The notes under the pieces are model-generated. The model made no database searches and had not been told where the DNA came from. It saw only the letters and a list, made by a program, of their open reading frames with translations. The position numbers and the translations under genes are program-made. Below, in pieces: positions 26,856-38,517 of a DNA stretch of 64,000 bases; positions within the stretch are counted from its first letter, which is position 1, and each line of letters opens with the position of its first letter. This DNA is from Macrostomum hystrix. Taxonomy: Eukaryota > Animalia > Platyhelminthes. The stretch is from the NCBI GenBank assembly GCA_950097015.1, contig CATNEN010000026.1, forward strand, positions 310,001-374,000. Reading direction: 5' to 3'.

Positions 26856-26862
26856 TATAAAG
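26856..26862 (+). promoter_or_regulatory. Candidate TATA box of the small Cys-rich gene
   Basis: TATAAAG ~50 bp upstream of the ATG, with an Inr-like TCAG at 26881. Confidence 0.5.
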
Positions 26863-26907
26863 CATTCGCGAATCAATCGCTCAGCAAACGCTCAAGCGAA
26901 AAAAACA

Positions 26908-27237
26908 ATGTCGCTAACTTCCACAATGATTGCCTTGGCAACGGTTGCCATGTTGGCAAGCGGCTGCTTCTTTGGCCCGACGCCGACAGACGCGGCGCAC
27001 ATCGAACTGTACGGACCGTCTCTGTCCAACCCGCTGTGCAGGTGCGCAGTGACAACAAAGATCATTTGCGACCCAAGCCAGCCGGGCCAGCCCTGCCTGA
27101 CCAAAGTGTGCGTCAACAATGAGAACTGCTTCGATCTGGTTGGCCACATCAAGGATGTGAATCAGGTGACCAGCGAGTGCCTGGCGAACTCCAACAGGTG
27201 CCGGGTGTGCGTGTTCAACAACTGCAAAGTCTACTGA
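26908..27237 (+). CDS. Orphan small secreted cysteine-rich protein, 109 aa, single exon
   Basis: Signal-peptide-like N-terminus, 10 Cys in the mature part, GC-rich coding-like codons, upstream TATA and downstream AATAAA at 27294-27299. No family recognised. Confidence 0.8.
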   Translation: MSLTSTMIALATVAMLASGCFFGPTPTDAAHIELYGPSLSNPLCRCAVTTKIICDPSQPGQPCLTKVCVNNENCFDLVGHIKDVNQVTSECLANSNRCRVCVFNNCKVY

Positions 27238-27336
27238 TGGACAACTTCTGCTTTTTCTAAGCATTGATTTGCGGTGCAGTGGTGTTAAAAATTAATAAAC
27301 CTTGCTTCAGTTTGTCTTGAAACTTTTGAACGCTTC

Positions 27337-27663
27337 AAAAGGATGTAAAACTCAGACCTCTCATTTATTTGGGGGGTGCAGCCGCAGAGAGAAGGCTTGG
27401 GGCTTGTGCAATTTACGCAAAAGGATGTAAAACTCAGACCTCTCATTTATTTGGGGGGTGCAGCCGCAGAGAGAAGGCTTGGGGCTTGTGCAATTTACGC
27501 AAAAGGATGTAAAACTCAGACCTCTCATTTATTTGGGGGGTGCAGCCGCAGAGAGAAGGCTTGGGGCTTGTGCAATTTACGCAAAAGGATGTAAAACTCA
27601 GACCTCTCATTTATTTGGGGGGTGCAGCCGCAGAGAGAAGGCTTGGGGCTTGTGCAATTTACG
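27337..27663. repeat. 82-bp tandem repeat x4, containing a SINE family A internal segment
   Basis: GGATGT phase marks at 27341, 27423, 27505, 27587. The unit contains ATTTGGGGGGTGCAGCCGCAGAGAGAAGGCTTGGGGCTTGTGCAATTTACG. Confidence 0.93.
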
Positions 27664-28253
27664 TGGACTTGTCCATGGACTGAACAGCCGTACGCAGCCT
27701 TCAGATGCGCCGCGGCTATACGTTTGGCGCAAGAAATTTTCCAATAAAATATTGTTATAGATGATTAAGTGTTGGAAGTTGACAGACTTAAAAGAAATTA
27801 ATTTAAAAGGCAAAACAAGAGGATTATAATTAATTACTCAACCTCGATTCCCCAAATGTCACTCTAACAACATACTTTTATTAAATTGCTAAAAGAAGAG
27901 TCTATTTATCAGATTATCATATGGTTTGAAGGTCTTTTCATGCGTAGACAGTTTGGTTGAGTGGTGACATCTATAATTTAATATGGTAGTAAGCATGTTT
28001 TTTAATTTAACCGCACTGCTTCGCTACATTCTACTAAAAGTAGGACGATGCAATATATCAAATGATTTTTGCGATTCTAGACTTCGCAGAAAAGGTTGGA
28101 AAAGAAGTTAATTTATTTCAGAGAAATAGAGGTGGCCTCCTATTCTAGGGGGAAACATTCACTACAGATACAAACTATAAGAACTGACAGAACGATCAGC
28201 GCGAAGTCTTCGTTCAAAACTGATGCCTCAGGTGTGAAGCGAAGGTGCAGAAT

Positions 28254-28451
28254 TCACAGGCGCTTTTTCTTCAGCTGCCACCAGCCGGCGAACAGCGGGG
28301 CACCGAAGCCGGTCATAGTGTACAACAGCATGACCACAGACAGGCGCGCCTTGTTCCTAACATTGAAGGGCAGCGAGGCGCCGAAGCCGAACGTCTCCGA
28401 GTGACGGACGACGCTAGTTGAGAAAGCGCGCTTAGCAACTTGGCCGAACAT
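28254..28451 (-). CDS. COX7C: Cytochrome c oxidase subunit 7C, mitochondrial, 65 aa
   Basis: MFGQVAKRAFSTSVVRHS...ASLPFNVRNKARLSVVMLLYTMTGFGAPLFAGWWQLKKK fits the COX7C pattern (RxFxTS presequence, NLPFxxxNK, FxxPF..QL.K). A splice acceptor lies just upstream at ~28475. Confidence 0.85.
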   Translation of the reverse strand: MFGQVAKRAFSTSVVRHSETFGFGASLPFNVRNKARLSVVMLLYTMTGFGAPLFAGWWQLKKKRL

Positions 28452-29574
28452 TGCTTTTAGTGGCTGCGTTTGCTGCAAGACGTGAAATATACTTAACGAT
28501 TGACTTGTTTACTAAACAACAAATCAAAGTAAACACAAGCACTAAAGAAATATATATTTATAATAATACAGAAAAAACATAATCATATGTTAATCTATTT
28601 TAAAATCATGTCAATACAAATGACTATTTTTATGCAAATTCTAAACCTAGCCTGGAATCATTAATAACTTCACTATTATTAATTTAAAATTATTATTAGC
28701 TCAGTAACAAACATTAAAATTAAAGCTAAAGTAAATTTCTAAAACTTTGTTTTTGTAGGACTATATTTAATGGAATTTATTATCAAAATCTATTTTAAAT
28801 GTAAAAAATGTAAGAAAACTGTATAGATAAGCTGTTATCATGTCATGGGCATCAATTTATCTGGTGCATATCAAAATTGGCACAACCAAAATGGCCAGGT
28901 GAAATAGCAGCAATGCACAAGAGTCAACTAATATAATAAGCATGCAATCAACAATGTGCATTTATTTTCTAAACACAAGCTAATTTATTATGCTTAAAAT
29001 AAATTGGCTAGAATATTTTGCACTACAAAGAATTTAATTACTTATTGCTAAGCCGGGCTACAAAATTTGCAGTTTAAAATTATAAATAGCCATTTCAATG
29101 TTTTGTACACATGAGAATTTTGAGACATTAAACCTAGAGAATGTATTATTAAAAAAGCCCACTTGAAAATATGAGGTTTAAAAGTGTGAATGAGCATGAT
29201 AATGTTTTGGACACATCAAAGAATTTCTAGATGTTAATATAAACTTAGTGAAATTAGCATTTAATGCTTTACCTAAATTTTAACCTATTGCTAGCAATTT
29301 TGCATATTGTGTTTTGCATATAGGATTATTAAAATGATTCTGAAAAACATTAGTTGTTTTCTTTGTTAAGGCCATTTTTATGTGTCACTAATTTTATATG
29401 GAGCTACTGTATCATGAAAAGCATAAATCTACCAGATTTTTAAAGCACTAAATCATAAATAAATGTTGTATTATCTAATAAGGTATATAAAGTAGTGTAT
29501 AGTTGCCTTTTTAAGCAAGCTGCTCTGCTGATACACTATGCTTTTTTGGCAAAGGCTAATTGTGTACACCTTAC

Positions 29575-29830
29575 CTAATTGGGCCAGATATCCAGTAAAG
29601 AGCATAGCTATTGCACAAGATATCTGAAGGCTGCATATGGCTGTTCAGTCCATGGACTATGGGGATGCCACACCCACCTTCAATTACCCTAGCTAATGGT
29701 GGTACCCATTAAACAGCTGGGTGAACTGAAGAAATGCAGAGGAAAGTGTTTTGCTAAAGGTCATAAATTGTTCTTGTGGAAATTAGAATCAAACACCCAA
29801 CCTTCAACTGTGACACAGAACTGTATGGAT
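29575..29830 (-). mobile_element. SINE family B, degenerate copy
   Basis: atctgaaggctgcatatggctgttcagtccatggact...ggtacccattaaacagctgggtgaactgaag matches the body of 53952-54264. Confidence 0.75.
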
Positions 29831-31393
29831 GAATTTAGAATTATAGGTTATGGAACTATGGCGAAAAACACTGCCTATGAAATTATGTGCAAACCATAGT
29901 CAAGATCAAGCAATTTAGGCTATGTATCAAAAGCCACTCTAAAAATTTAGTTTTCCAATGTGGATCAAACTAGATACAGTATAAAAATGCAATTATGCAT
30001 TAGTTATACCTAAATCCTATTACCAGTATATGATATAGGGTATATCAATCATTTTGGTATGTTTCATATTAGTCATAATACTGAAAGTTATATAGTATAT
30101 AATCAGAAGACCTATAGGCTATTGGCTATAAAGTTTGTAGGGCCTATGCTAAGTGCCAGCTGTCTTGACTTGAGTCTGCCATAAATTTCTATCACACACA
30201 TGATCCTGAGTGTGTATAAAATATGGAAAATATAGATAAAAATGCAATATTGATTAATAGATAGATTTATCTAGAAAAATATTTTTGGTTTAAAATTTTA
30301 GCTTCAGAAGAAATGATAAACAACAAAAATAATAAAACTAAATTTTTGGTTGCTAATTATTTTGACGTTGCAGTTGTCGACTGTAGCTAGGCCTAATTCA
30401 GCTAAAATATTACTAAAATTAATTTCCTAAATAATGTCGACCTAAGCAAGCAAGACAAAGGTGCAGATAGCCTATCCCTGGGTATAGACACACAAGACAG
30501 TCAATCAAAAATGCATGATGCCACACATGATTGTAGGCCTCTTTGTTATTTATTTCGGATATGGAATTAAATTCTGAATTTTCGATGGGCAAGCATGTTG
30601 TGGCAGGTTTATATACTTTTTTAGCAGGGCACTAGCAATACCAATATACCCCTGGTTAGCAAACACTAGCAATCCCAATAGGACCAAATAATGATGTCAT
30701 GCTCTTCAAATTTAAAAGTATTAGGGTTACTGTATGGTGGTGCAGCACATTATTTGTTTGTACAATAAACGTGGCCATATTGTTAAATTCACAACTCATA
30801 AATCTCAAGGTAAGATGTAGCTACCAACATTCTCTTTTTAACACAAACATCTCATTTTTTCACGTATCAAGTGCATTTAAAAAGCTGTTTCCGTTTTGCT
30901 TAAACAAAAGAAACAGTAGTAGGGAAGTAAATAACAGAATATGAACCTGAAGGACCAGTGTGCTTGTATAATTGATTTTTTTACATATTTAAATTTTGTT
31001 TAAAATACTGTTGCAGTAGATAAAATATTTATAATATATAAAACCTTGTCGCGCTGAAAACTAAGTAATCGACAACTGTTTATCCAAGGCGAAATATAGG
31101 GCGAAACGTAAGTATTTCATATTTCTGCTTTTAATTGCTGTCCTACTTTCGATCCCTTCACATAAGAATTTATACGTATCTTGATTATAGTTTCAATCTC
31201 ATAACACTTACAAAGCAGAACTATATACAACCGATTAAATTAAATTAAATTAAATTGAACCTATAGTTTATGAAAACTTCATGTCGTTTTATAAAGTCCT
31301 TTAAATCTGTACTAAAGCATCATTTCGCAAACCCATTCAATACATTTTCAGAGTTTTTTCGTCAGACAAGTATCGTCTATTCAAACTATACTA

Positions 31394-34300
31394 ATGAACT
31401 CCCAAGTCAACACTTCTTGGCAAGTGCCATTACCGTTGCCGGCGCCTGGCAGCGGAAATTTGACCGGGCTGCTGCAAGCTCTAGCTAACCAAACTGCTCA
31501 GACACAGGCGATGTTAACCGCACTACTTGGTCAGTCGTCTCAAACCCAGACGCAGACCCTTAATGCTGCTGGCAGCCACAGCAGTAGTCCGGAAGCGTTG
31601 CTGAAGGCCCTGATGGCGGAAGTTCAGCTGACTGAACAACCATTGCCTGCTGTAACGCCACAAGTAAACGTTAAGCGACAAAAAGTTGGCGGTGTTTCTT
31701 CGCCGTCTTCGTCGTCTCCTGGTAGTTCATCGTGTACTTCGCCAACCCTGATCGATAGTGAGTCTCGCTCCGCTGGCTTGCGTAGTAGCTTCTCGTACGG
31801 TGACGACGGCGGTGGTTGCGGCGGAAACTCGGTCGGCGGGATGGGTGTCAACACACCATGTGTCGTCGGCAATGGCCAAGGAGTCCTCGGGAGAGACATT
31901 GGCAGCACTGGTGTCCAACAGGCCGTTCGGTATGCCAACAGTCCAATTATCGATTTTTATCACATTATTTGCATCAACTGGTGTCCTTTGTCAACATGTA
32001 CTTTTCGCATGATCATTTACTTTATAAAAAACCATAGCGGCACAATCTAATGTCCAAAAGGGATGGATCAAGGAACTAAATAGATTGCTAATCAAGATGC
32101 AACTCCGACTACTGTCGTTATAATTCGAATTTACCCTGTATAAATCTCATATTGCTTTATCGGAGCTGTGTCAAGATTAGCAGTCCATTTAATTCCTTTT
32201 TCCATACCGCAAATTTATTTGCCGTGTGCATTTCCTTTCCTTTTCGTGGTCAGAGAGGTGAACCATCGGCAGGCAATCTGTGGCAGAGCAACTGCGGGAG
32301 TGTGGCTGCTACCAAAGGTATAAATGAGCACTAATGATCTGCGACATTCCCAAGATGCGTTTGCAATTTATTGTACTACACTGGGTTCAATTACTGTAAC
32401 TTGTATTCGATTAGTCAGCGTTTTCACACCAAGTTAGATTCCATCATAAAGTTTTTTCCCAATTAATTTATACAGTTGTACAATAAAGGGCGCATTATGG
32501 CCAAATGAGTCTTGACAACTGTGAATAATGCACCATTGCGGTGGCCTGAGTGCACTCGCACTGTGTCCCACTCGCCTTGGGAGATATGAGCCTGGACTAG
32601 ATCGAGCTGCTGCTAGATCGGAGAGGGTTGGTCTGCCGATACGGAGCCACACGTGACTGTCACGCGAGTGCAGTGTGTTTAACAACTCAGTCACAGCTCG
32701 TAGGGACGGCACAGCACGAAGGACAGGGTCGTCTCCGTTTCAGAGCACAGGCGGAGTTGAACCTTAACCTCTCAAACTTTTAGCTCAAACTTTAAAAAAT
32801 GCATTAGACAGCAGTGAAAAGAGACTTGAAAATTCTGGATTCTAGTCTCATTCTTCAAGTGCTCAATGATCATTAGTTGATAATAAGCGGTGCACGTGTT
32901 ATACACCAGTGAAACTCTGACTCGTAGCCATTCAATCTGACACCTTTTCCATTCTTCTCGCTATTCGCAAAGGTTTTTTGAAGGCACAAAAATATTTTTT
33001 ATCACATCTGAAAAGTAATATCAGCCTTTCATCGGTTTGTTTCCCTAATATACAGTCAAATTAATTTCATTTAATGAACTATCAGTATTCCACTTGCTTT
33101 TAAGCCACAAAGCTATTAATTTTGCTGCGAAATTATCACTTTTTCTATCAACTGTCGCCAAACCTTGAGCAGCTGTGCCGATCGCTAACTTGAAAGTTCA
33201 ATCACGCGTCGCCCACTACTTACAGGAGCTTGAAAAGGCCGTACGAGCAGCCAAAGCAGTACCAGCAGCAGCAGCAACACCAGACTGTGGCTGTTCCACC
33301 ACTAAAACAAGCTGTGCAGTTCCCGGCCACACGCTCATTGCTCAGTGGTGTGAGTGTTGTGCAAAGTACCTCAGCTGCTAGCGCTGCTGCAGCCAATTCC
33401 ACATCCACTGTTGCCTCGGATGCGTAAGACAAGCCGTGCTGGCAATAAGCGCTCACGGGCCCTCACCGATTGATTGGCCAATGCGAGCAGAGCCCCATGC
33501 AGGACCACTCAGTTAGTCTGGTTCTTTGTGGCTGAATTTCAAAGCCTGAAAACCTCTTGATTCCAAACTGCGACGGGTTGACAGCGTTTCGCATGTAGCA
33601 GTTTTGAAAACTGACAACCCAGGTGCAGTGGAGTCAGTATTAAAAAACTTTAATTATTTTTGCTCTAGTTAATTGTTAATCGAGCTACATTTACTACTTC
33701 AAAGCCGCATTGTCCGCTCTGAAATCAGTCTCTGTGGGCCCGTGTACGACAACTGACATATTATAAAAAAGCGAGATGATCCGAATCCTTTACTGGAGGT
33801 AAAGTAAAACGGTTGGTGAGACAGTCATAACTGGGAGTCAGCATCTGCTGTTTTAGTTGCCAGTTTCGATAAATATTCTAGAAATTATAGAAACTCAAGC
33901 AGATGAAATCTGATTGCACCCTTAGTGGGAGACGGTTCTTGTCCTGACTTTTTTCTGCCTGGCTGCAGGCTCAGCGCACTATACTTTATTCGGAGCTATG
34001 TTTTAAGCTCCACGCTGGCATAACACCTGCTGACTGATTATGAACTTCAACTGTGGATTTTGAGACTCAAGGGTGGTGCCAGTCATGTGTTTGGGGTGGC
34101 TTTTACTGCGCAACCCCTTCTGTAACTAACCGCAGCAGATCCTTATCTGTCTCAATTTCTGCTTAGTCTGTAACGTATTCTGTGCACATTTGCAGCATTT
34201 ATAAGCATTCCGCTGTGCCACTGGATCGCTGAAGTGTTTGGGTATCTGCACCAAATTTTTTTCTATCGAATATTTTCACTTTGTTGCAAATTTAATAGCA

Positions 34301-37300
34301 TAATGTTTGCTTGTTTCAAGACAGAAAACTAGGTCAGTGTGTTGTGCGCGATAACATTTGTGTTTGTGGGGTTGGACGAATTGGCTAATTTAATCGGCAA
34401 AGCTCTCGGCAAATCTAGGTCGGGATTGCACATACAAGGTGATTGGAGGCTTTTATTCACGCAACTGACGGGTGGTCAGACGATTTACACTAACAAAACT
34501 GACGTCTGTGGAAGTTCCCAGCTGCAGGTGTGGAAATTTCCAACGACTATAAACCCAACCTGACCGACTTTCTCTTCGGGGATGTGCTTGAGCTGTAGTT
34601 TTCCATTCGGCCTCAGTCAAATCTAACTGATATGGTCGGGTCAGCTTGCGTAACAATCTTATGCATGTGTGGCAACGAGTGGTGACAGTGAGCACTCTTT
34701 TTTAGAGTTAGAGCTATCGTAGATTACGCTAGAAAACAATATGCTTGGAAATGCAGGTTTTGTTCAGTCCCTAATTGTGCACAATTCTCCCCCCCACTAA
34801 GCAGTGACAGGCGCAGGATCCAGCAAGTCAGGGCTGAATCCGGAAGCGACAGTCGCTATGGTCCCTACCAGCTTCTAGTGGCAGCGCAGCCGGAGCTCAA
34901 CCACAGGGCTAGGTACCTCACCGAGGGCTCCAGGGGCGCCGTGAAGGATCGTTCGCAGACTGGATACCCGGCTGTGCAGGTAGGAATGACGACAACTCAA
35001 TGTGTACATTTATTGGCAAATGTCTAACAAGCTTAGAATGTATATTGTGAACGTAATTTAAGTTACAGCATCAGCATCGATAACCATGGAGAGAAAGGGA
35101 CAACGCTAGCGCTTTTCTGGAAATTTTCCAAAATTTTCCACAAACCAAAAAAAGTCAGCTAGGCTTCTTAGAAGCAGGAGTTCGAATGCTTGTGTTGTAA
35201 TTTGCCTTTGCACTGCAGTTAATTTAGGTTGGCAGGGTCACGGCTTTGCTAATCTATTAAAGTGCTTTTCCTGCATACACACCGACTGAATTTGATATTA
35301 GAAAGAAAAACAGTTTAATTATTGCAGTTGTTTACGAAACCAGGAGAGTGTCATACGAAATTACCAGAAGATTCAGTATGATTTAAATGTACAATAAATA
35401 GCTAGAATGAGTCCATTGAGTACTTCGAATCGAACCCGCAGCTGCTGGGCTGGTCGCAGCCTGTCGAGTTGTGCGTGTTCGCCGGCTCGGACACCGGCGG
35501 CCGGCCGAGGCCGCACGGTTATTACCAGGTGTGCCGGGTAGCCGGGCGCCACGGCTGCTGCGAGGCTCGCGAGGTGGTGCAGGACGGCACGCGGATGCTG
35601 CTGATTCCTTTGCAACCTCGCGACGGCGCTGTAATCAGGTGGGCGACAGGGCATTGTGAATGGCTTGCTGCTGGTCCTAATAATAAATTATTACACCTGG
35701 CCGTAATTGGGCCACATGTGCGGCCGACAGCATAGCCGCAGCATTGCCCGGCGCATCTGAAGGCTGCGTACGGCTGTTCAGTCCGAGGACTTGGGTGACG
35801 CCACACCCTCCCTCAATTACCCCAGCTAATGCTGGTACCCATTTAACAGCTGGCTGAACTGAATCAATGCTCTAACGCTCTAACCACTAGGCCACAACCC
35901 ACTTGTATTGCTGGTCCAGTACTATACAATATTTAACACTTGTACTCACGTGCATACAGTCATTTTTCCCGACTAACCCTCCACCTACAGCCTGGACTGC
36001 ATCGGAATTCTGAAGCTGCGCAACGCTGATGTTGACTATCAGCAGCAGAAGCAGCAGCAGCCGTCCTACGAGCACCAACACTCGTCGCCAAAGTCTGCGC
36101 GCCCGAGTCGCGCAACGAACGGCAAGCGCAGCTCCAAGGTCCGGCTGGTTTTCAGAGTGATTTTACCGCTGAGCGATGGCACACGGGTCACACTGCAGAC
36201 CGCCACACAGGCCATTGAGTGCTGTGAGCCTGAAATCTTGAAATCAGCGTCCCTGAATTTTTTGGCCTAAATTTTCCTGTCGTTTGGCTTTCATTAGGCT
36301 AGTCAAGCTACTAACAGTAGCTTAACTAATTTAACCCATTTATTGTTATGTCACGAATAAAATCGATAGAATGGTTACTTATCATAGCAACAATAAGACA
36401 CTAATGCTTGTTTACCCCAAAGATACTAGAATAACTGTTATTCTAGTATCTGTAGTTACAGCCGGTAGGTTCAACACTGGACTCAGAATACACTGCAAAC
36501 AGTACTGCTAGCTACCGATGCCATCCCCTGATAAAGTTTCTCGCCTGTTGCAGCCCAGCCCACCGGTCAGCCGGAGATTCACCGACTGTCCACACACGAG
36601 TCCTCAGCCCGCGGTGGCTCGGACCTGTTCATCATCGGGCGCAATTTCAGCAAAGGCGCTCGCGTGCTGTTCCGAGAGGCGACGGCGCGCACTCCGACTG
36701 GGGCGCCCTGGGAGGCGGAGGCGGTCATTGAAGCCGAGCTCAGCGCAACCAATCATCTGGTCTGCCGCGTGCCCGCCTTCGGCTGTGACAGCAGCCATCA
36801 CAGTGACGACGATTACAGCAACAGCAGCGAGCAGGACGACCGTGGAGACGCGAAGCGGAATCTGCCGCTGCTGACTGCGCCAGTCCGCGTTCTCATCAGC
36901 GTCGTCTGCAGCGACAGGACCTCCGAGCCAGTCTGCTTCACCTACCTGCCCGGTGAGTCCATTGTCTGTGAGGGCTCTTTGGCAGCAAGGCAGAGACAGA
37001 AGAGCGGTAAGTGAAGACAACAGGAGAGGCAGGTGAGAATCATAAGCTTGACTCAAAGCAAGACTCAAAACAATGCCGCATTCTCAAGGCTGCTCAGTCA
37101 CTGAGTCGAGCTACGCCAGCGCAGAGCGCCAAGCTGCAGTTGCTCTGCCTGACTGCCACAACAACCAGCTGCTCCAGCTGCCGCAGCACCAGCCTGGTAT
37201 GCTAGACTACCTGACATCAGCCAGTCAGGACCACCAGCACCTGGAGAACCAGCTTCAACAGCAACAGCAGCAGCAGCGGCGGCAGCATCAACAACTGGAC

Positions 37301-37375
37301 TTTGACGCGGCCTTTCTAACCTGCCCGGATGCCGATGGCTCATCGTCAGTTGCTGGGCCATTGGGGAACTGGTGA
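31394..37375 (+). CDS. NFAT5: NFAT5/TonEBP-like Rel-family transcription factor, ~675 aa, 7 exons
   Basis: Exons 31394-31929, 33226-33423, 34802-34979, 35442-35638, 35991-36223, 36554-36952, 37089-37375, phase-consistent. [56 protein letters not shown]; IPT domain [12 protein letters not shown]...[10 protein letters not shown]; Q-rich tail. The true 3' end could extend further. Confidence 0.9.
35678..35900 (-). mobile_element. SINE family B copy with internal deletion, NFAT5 intron
   Basis: The 3' end, CORE-like block and head remnant ctctaaccactaggccacaacc are present; the B-box segment is missing. Confidence 0.78.
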
Positions 37376-38517
37376 AGTTGAAGGGCGAACCATCGCTGTG
37401 CTGAACTCTCTTATGCTCAAGTGCCGTGGGTTTTAATTAGCTGGATACTCAAAGTATCAGTTTTTAAACAAAATTTTACCAAATTAGTTGTATCTCTATT
37501 CAAATTTTTTAGGACGACATATTTTAAGAAAATGTTCTTAGTATTTCTTTGAGTGCATTTAAACAAAACTTTCCGGGTTATTCATGTAACCACATAGTTG
37601 CTAAAAGGCGTACAAAAATCTACGGCAAAATGGACTCTGAAAGCTGTCAAAAATTTTTACTCACGCTTAAAAGCCATTAGATCAGACATTGTAATGAATG
37701 GCAGTAGATAATTGATTTTTATGTACCGTACTGTAGCTTACACTAAACAGTTTCCAAATGAATGACCGTGATTCCCTGTTCGCGCTGGTATTAGTAATCT
37801 ATCATGTTCTGCTGCGCAAAAGTACACGTGGCAAATTTATACAGTAAATTATAGAATTATATCGTCAGTTTAGCTTACAGTATCCCGTTTACCAAGAAAA
37901 AACAGTTTTCATTTCATCTTCCACCTGTAGAAACGTAGAAACGGCATCTCAGCAGCAGTCATTAGCATTGTTTCATTAATTTAAGCTCTTTAGACAAAAA
38001 ATTTAATCTGACAAATTTGTTTTTTTCTAAAGCTTTTCTCGCTCTCCTTAAATAAATAATCCTGTTCGACAAAAGTGAATAAAATTGTCAATTTGTTAAT
38101 GTTTTAAGTAAGTCCTATTGTCAATCCGAACGACAATCGAATGGAAGTAGAAGTGCAGAATCCACAAAAACTCGCTCCCATGATGGACACCCCCGGAGCG
38201 CTAAGCCGCATTCCTGCCGCGCCACTTCTGATTCACCTTGCGCAACCTTTGACATTTCTCGCACACTTATCAATTGAACAAAAACGAAAACGGACACCTG
38301 GACGAGGTCACACACAAATCCCAATAAGGTATTGGCAGTGCAGCTTTTATAAGGGCCGCTACTGCAATGCGGCGAATTTCTCCGTGCGAATATAAATAGA
38401 GGAACACAAGCACATCAGAGAAAATTGGAATAATTACGGCGGACTTATGCGCCGTTCTTGCTGGAGACGCTTTCCTCTGATTGCAGCAGCAGCAGCCGCA
38501 TTTCAACACTAACACCG

